Positions 63,437 to 64,000 of a DNA stretch of 64,000 nucleotides are shown one piece after another (positions within the stretch are counted from its first letter, which is position 1; each line of letters opens with the position of its first letter). The translations under genes and the position numbers were made by a program. The notes under the pieces are model-generated. The model was given only the letters and a program-made list of their open reading frames with translations. It was not told the DNA's origin and did no database searches. Source of the stretch: an uncultured Solirubrobacterales bacterium (GTDB lineage Bacteria > Actinomycetota > Thermoleophilia > Solirubrobacterales > Solirubrobacteraceae); contig CAWFOV010000007.1 in the NCBI GenBank assembly GCA_963817605.1, positions 37,792 through 101,791 of the forward strand. The letters run 5' to 3'.

Positions 63437-64000
63437 GACGAGGGACAGGCGATCGGCCTGCTACCGGCTGGGCTGAGACACGTGTTGACTCGCGCGGGCG
63501 GCTTATTGCGACGAATCGTGAAGCGGGTGTACTTACCGATCTCGCCGCCCTTGGAGACGCGGATTTCGAGCACTGCGCCGACCCTTAGGAGGCGCTCGAA
63601 GCGCCGGAACTCGACCAGGGTCGCACTGGCCGCACTCCTCGATGCCACCATGCGACTCTCCGCCTTGGGACACCCGCGGCCTCGGCAGTGGATTGCGATG
63701 TGGGCCCCATCAGGAGCCTGCACCGTGACCAGGCTGAGCTTGGCGCCGGTGGCGGCGATCGAGCCCGCGATCCGCACGATCGGGAAGGGCAGCATCGTGC
63801 GAGGTGCAGGTGACGATGGCGCGGACGTAGCCGTGGAAGGCTGGCGCGGCGGGGAAGCGGCCGGGGATGGTTGTACCGGCGGAGAGATGGTCGGGGTTGG
63901 AGTGACCGCAGCAGGCGCGAGGACCGTGAACGTAGCCGTGTTGCCGAGGCCGACGTTGCCGGCGTCGTCGGACTGCTCGGCGCGGACGGTGTAGACACCT
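63433..64000 (-). CDS. C-terminal part of a secreted Ig-like domain protein (runs off the window)
   Basis: YTVRAEQSDDAGNVG...PFPIVRIAG...GKYTRFTIRRNKPP. Confidence 0.65.
   Translation of the reverse strand, partial: GVYTVRAEQSDDAGNVGLGNTATFTVLAPAAVTPTPTISPPVQPSPAASPPRQPSTATSAPSSPAPRTMLPFPIVRIAGSIAATGAKLSLVTVQAPDGAHIAIHCRGRGCPKAESRMVASRSAASATLVEFRRFERLLRVGAVLEIRVSKGGEIGKYTRFTIRRNKPPARVNTCLSPAGSRPIACPSS

Overview
GC-rich actinobacterial DNA; the style of the secreted proteins suggests Thermoleophilia/Solirubrobacterales, which is an inference. It carries many single-base frameshifts and some abrupt chimeric-looking junctions (about 1.2-4.4 kb, 15.2 kb, 19.6 kb), so context there is unreliable. 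Layout: (i) 4.5-19.6 kb, a surface-protein locus with two very large secreted proteins, three TTA-codon-rich Cys-containing secreted paralogues, a collagen-like protein and three PrsA/SurA-like lipoproteins. (ii) 19.9-31.2 kb, a defence-type island with toxin-antitoxin pairs, a ClpP-like peptidase, DUF3800 and a stand-alone UG/Abi-type reverse transcriptase, punctuated by a dispersed non-coding repeat family. (iii) 32.5-35.7 kb, a 1087-aa protein made almost entirely of about 31.5 tandem 34-aa helical repeats with hypervariable positions; this is the most striking object in the window and a candidate modular (HAT/PPR/TALE-style) binder. (iv) 36.5-49 kb, an ICE/plasmid-like module with two SSBs, ComM, a VirD4-like coupling protein, two replication-relaxation-like domains and five ParB-derived ORFs separated by repeated hairpins. 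(v) 50-64 kb, ordinary chromosomal genes including STAS/PP2C, tRNA-Arg(ACG), tRNA-Ser(GGA), an L,D-transpeptidase, a methyltransferase, an SDR and a SNF2 helicase. No CRISPR array, integrase or rRNA was seen.
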